The notes under the pieces are model-generated. The model ran no database searches. It was not told the DNA's origin and worked only from the letters and a program-made list of their open reading frames with translations. Positions 26,551-27,591 of a DNA stretch of 27,591 bases are shown piece by piece; the first letter of the stretch is position 1; each line of letters starts with the position of its first letter. Both the position numbers and the translations under genes were made by a program. This DNA is from a virus (taxonomy: Duplodnaviria > Heunggongvirae > Uroviricota > Caudoviricetes), in IMG/VR virus record IMGVR_UViG_2645727640_000023. One strand, written 5' to 3'.

Positions 26551-26850
26551 TTAATATCCGCTGTATACAATGCTGGATACAGCACGATTGCTTAATTCCA
26601 TCTTTCGGGCAATGACATGAATATCCAGCCCTTCTTTATAAAGTTCACGACACAAATATTTGTCGTGCTCACTGATTCGGTATATACACAATGATATTCC
26701 GTGCCTTCTGGCATGTGCCCGGAGGGCGGTTGTGGCGACTTTCAGTTTTTCCGCCATTTCTTCAACGGTCATTTTCCCGACGTTGGCTTCGATAAATTCC
26801 CGGTCTTCGCGTGACCAGCGCTTACGATTACACTTCATGTCAGCCACCAT
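26551..26850 (-). CDS. Early protein with two tandem helix-turn-helix-like repeats
   Basis: ORF track 99 aa; repeat 1 RWSREDREFIEANVGKMTVEEMAEKLKVATTALRAHARRHGISL, repeat 2 YRISEHDKYLCRELYKEGLDIHVIARKMELSNRAVSSIVYS. Alternative start at ATG 26838. Confidence 0.6.
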   Translation of the reverse strand: MVADMKCNRKRWSREDREFIEANVGKMTVEEMAEKLKVATTALRAHARRHGISLCIYRISEHDKYLCRELYKEGLDIHVIARKMELSNRAVSSIVYSGY

Positions 26851-27270
26851 TCAGTACAACAGAGGCTCGCGCAGTGATGCCGGAATATGCCGCAGCGATA
26901 ACTGAACTGCTTTCAGGGCAAGCGAGGAATAACAGCAGCGCGCCCAGCCTTTTGCCATTAACCGGTAATCGCGCCAGATACGCTGCCACATATCACGGGC
27001 TTTCGGGTCTGATACACAGATGTATTCACGGTCCATGACGTACTCCCATAAATCCACGTTAAACGCATCGCCAGACGCAATGGCGCGGGATATGCTTTCG
27101 CCACAATAACGCGCACAGATGCTGTAATGGTCGAAAGTAATTAGGTAAGTCTTTTCACCATAACCATCAACTTTCCGGGCGCAAATAAACTCGCGTAATT
27201 CACCACCGTTGTTATTGCGTTCCTGAATTCGGATTAATGCCTGAATTTCATTTCGGATTTTGACGTTCAT
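26851..27270 (-). CDS. Hypothetical early protein (about 139 aa)
   Basis: ORF track 147 aa from 27294; I prefer ATG 27270 (MNVKIRNEIQ...) with AAGGAA 9 nt upstream. Confidence 0.6.
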   Translation of the reverse strand: MNVKIRNEIQALIRIQERNNNGGELREFICARKVDGYGEKTYLITFDHYSICARYCGESISRAIASGDAFNVDLWEYVMDREYICVSDPKARDMWQRIWRDYRLMAKGWARCCYSSLALKAVQLSLRHIPASLREPLLY

Positions 27271-27284
27271 TGTCAGCGTTCCTT

Positions 27285-27491
27285 TCAGTGGCATGTTTTT
27301 TCAACAGCCATTTCAGTGACACGGCCACCGGTGATGACACCATCGTTTTTCAAAATCTCAATAGCTTCATGGGCTGACTCATTAATTACTTTCTGGCTTT
27401 TATTAAGCACCAGTAACGCCACCATGCCAGCAAGTGTACCCTCATCACCGTCCAGTTCCGCACTACCGTCCACCGCAATGCTGGTGCGCAA
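27285..27491 (-). CDS. Hypothetical small early protein (68 aa or shorter)
   Basis: ORF track begins at a TTG (27491) with GGACGG upstream; in-frame ATG further in (MVALLVLNKSQ...) is an alternative start. Confidence 0.5.
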   Translation of the reverse strand: MRTSIAVDGSAELDGDEGTLAGMVALLVLNKSQKVINESAHEAIEILKNDGVITGGRVTEMAVEKTCH

Positions 27492-27539
27492 ATTCCGTCC
27501 TTTAATTCCAGATACTGTATTTTTGGTAATGACTCCAAC

Positions 27540-27591
27540 TTATTGATAGTGTTTTATGTTCAGATAATGCCCGATGACTTTGTCATGCAGC
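27540..27591 (-). CDS. 3' end (last 16 codons) of an early gene that begins beyond the window end
   Basis: Minus-strand frame open from the window edge to TAA at 27540-27542 (...LHDKVIGHYLNIKHYQ*); too short to name. Confidence 0.3.
   Translation of the reverse strand, partial: LHDKVIGHYLNIKHYQ

Larger units (their letters stand above)
1..27591 (-). mobile_element. Interior of a Mu-type transposable bacteriophage (prophage), inverted relative to the standard Mu map
   Basis: Uninterrupted minus-strand gene order gam, gemA, mor, C, lys, terminase, portal, F, G, I, T, L, M, tape measure, N, P, Q, V, W, R, S. Transposase, repressor and both ends are not in the window. Confidence 0.85.

Noticed and set aside
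1-27591. CRISPR arrays, tRNA or rRNA genes, IS elements, integrase, attachment sites or host flanking DNA
   Set aside because: No direct-repeat/spacer periodicity, no cloverleaf-like or rRNA-like sequence, and no tyrosine or serine recombinase were seen. The phage transposes with A/B proteins encoded outside the window, and the window contains phage DNA only.

Overview
The whole window reads as the interior of a Mu-type transposable bacteriophage (prophage), inverted relative to the conventional Mu map, with almost every gene on the minus strand. Reading from high to low coordinates: semi-essential early genes including Gam (26007-26531), a five-gene coupled module of unknown function (24070-25908), GemA, Mor, an early terminator palindrome, small membrane proteins, the late activator C, a lysis cassette (endolysin, overlapped spanin pair, gp24-gp26), terminase, portal, F, G, protease/scaffold I, major capsid T, sheath L, tube M, tape measure, N, baseplate proteins and the 5' end of the tail fiber gene running off position 1. 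Transposase A/B, the repressor, both phage ends and the invertible tail-fiber segment are outside the window. I found no CRISPR array, tRNA, rRNA, IS element or recognisable multi-gene defense system. The most interesting loci are the unassigned early module with an eight-cysteine zinc-ribbon protein, a single opposite-strand ORF (23865-24131) converging on that module, and a candidate +1 frameshift extension of the tail chaperone gene (7912-8079). Also noted: a short motif shared upstream of lys, I and inside N that fits C-dependent late promoters, several hairpins at operon boundaries, and the G-I intergenic region where Mu carries its central gyrase site. Product calls are from my reading of the translations and gene order, with no database search; Mu gene letters are assigned by synteny.
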